The notes below the pieces were generated by a model, which did not search any database, was not told the DNA's origin, and saw only the letters and a program-made list of their open reading frames with translations. A DNA stretch of 64,000 nucleotides from a virus: positions 29,689-93,688 of IMG/VR virus record IMGVR_UViG_3300023210_000017. One strand, given 5' to 3'. Made by a program: the position numbers and the translations under genes. Below, in pieces: positions 63,987 to 64,000 of this stretch; position 1 is the stretch's first letter; each line of letters begins with the position of its first letter.

Positions 63987-64000
63987 CTTCTTTGTTTTTA

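Larger units (their letters stand above)
1..64000. mobile_element. Segment of a crAss-like (Crassvirales-related) bacteriophage genome
   Basis: Giant virion RNAP with the DFDID motif next to zincin and PD-(D/E)XK giant proteins; phage-type PolB, primase, DnaB, ligase, UNG and RNR; holin and tail fibres. No host housekeeping genes and no integrase seen. Confidence 0.93.
62492..64000 (-). repeat. Dispersed gene-junction repeat, consensus (minus strand) TTAAACCAAAACAAAGATG
   Basis: Copies at 62492-62514, 62736-62755, 63428-63445 and 63824-63843, with variants at 63181-63198 and 63984-64000. Most end in the ATG of the next gene. Confidence 0.85.

Noticed and set aside
1-64000. Stop-codon reassignment (TAG or TGA), as known in some crAss-like phages
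   Set aside because: Very long ORFs are intact under the standard code, TAG and TGA terminate genes at sensible junctions, and no suppressor tRNA was seen.
62492-64000. CRISPR-like array
   Set aside because: The repeats are short, degenerate and irregularly spaced (about 160-450 bp), they are separated by ORFs, and no cas genes are present.
1-64000. tRNA/rRNA genes, major capsid, portal, terminase, integrase
   Set aside because: None was recognisable in this window. The head-packaging genes probably lie outside it.

Overview
This window is a 64-kb, AT-rich, gene-dense segment of a crAss-like (Crassvirales or close relative) lytic phage genome. It uses the standard bacterial code. The host is probably Bacteroidota/Flavobacteriia, inferred from A-rich leaders without Shine-Dalgarno sites and TAnnTTTR-type promoters. 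Positions 1-33.5 kb (+) carry virion cargo/ejection genes: a 5'-truncated peptidoglycan hydrolase, three 1,000-1,260 aa cargo-like proteins, a 5,201-aa virion RNA polymerase polyprotein (RIPSQ / GADFDIDK plus an HEAFH zincin), and a 1,901-aa protein with a PD-(D/E)XK nuclease. A class II ribonucleotide reductase sits on the - strand at 33.6-35.5 kb. Positions 35.8-42.8 kb (+) carry lysis/membrane genes including a 3TM holin, three tail fibre/spike genes and a SET-domain gene. Positions 42.9-64 kb (mostly -) carry the replication/recombination module (DUF932-like, PolB, RecE-like exonuclease, ATP-dependent ligase, RusA-like resolvase, primase, SSB, Sak4-like ATPase, DnaB-like helicase, initiator-like protein, DnaA domain IV-like protein, UNG, NinB-like), a MoxR-AAA/VWA-metallopeptidase cluster and an array of small genes. 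The best candidates for undescribed systems are three. (1) A five-gene MoxR + HExxH-VWA module whose three other genes share one helical motif, two of them being BRCT-like paralogues. (2) A recurrent [hydrophobic/K]-x-x-G-G motif across virion cargo proteins, one of which contains a permuted papain-like peptidase domain. (3) A repeated gene-junction element (TAAACCAAAACAAAGATG) that appears to define shuffled gene cassettes. All family assignments come from motif recognition by eye; no searches were run.
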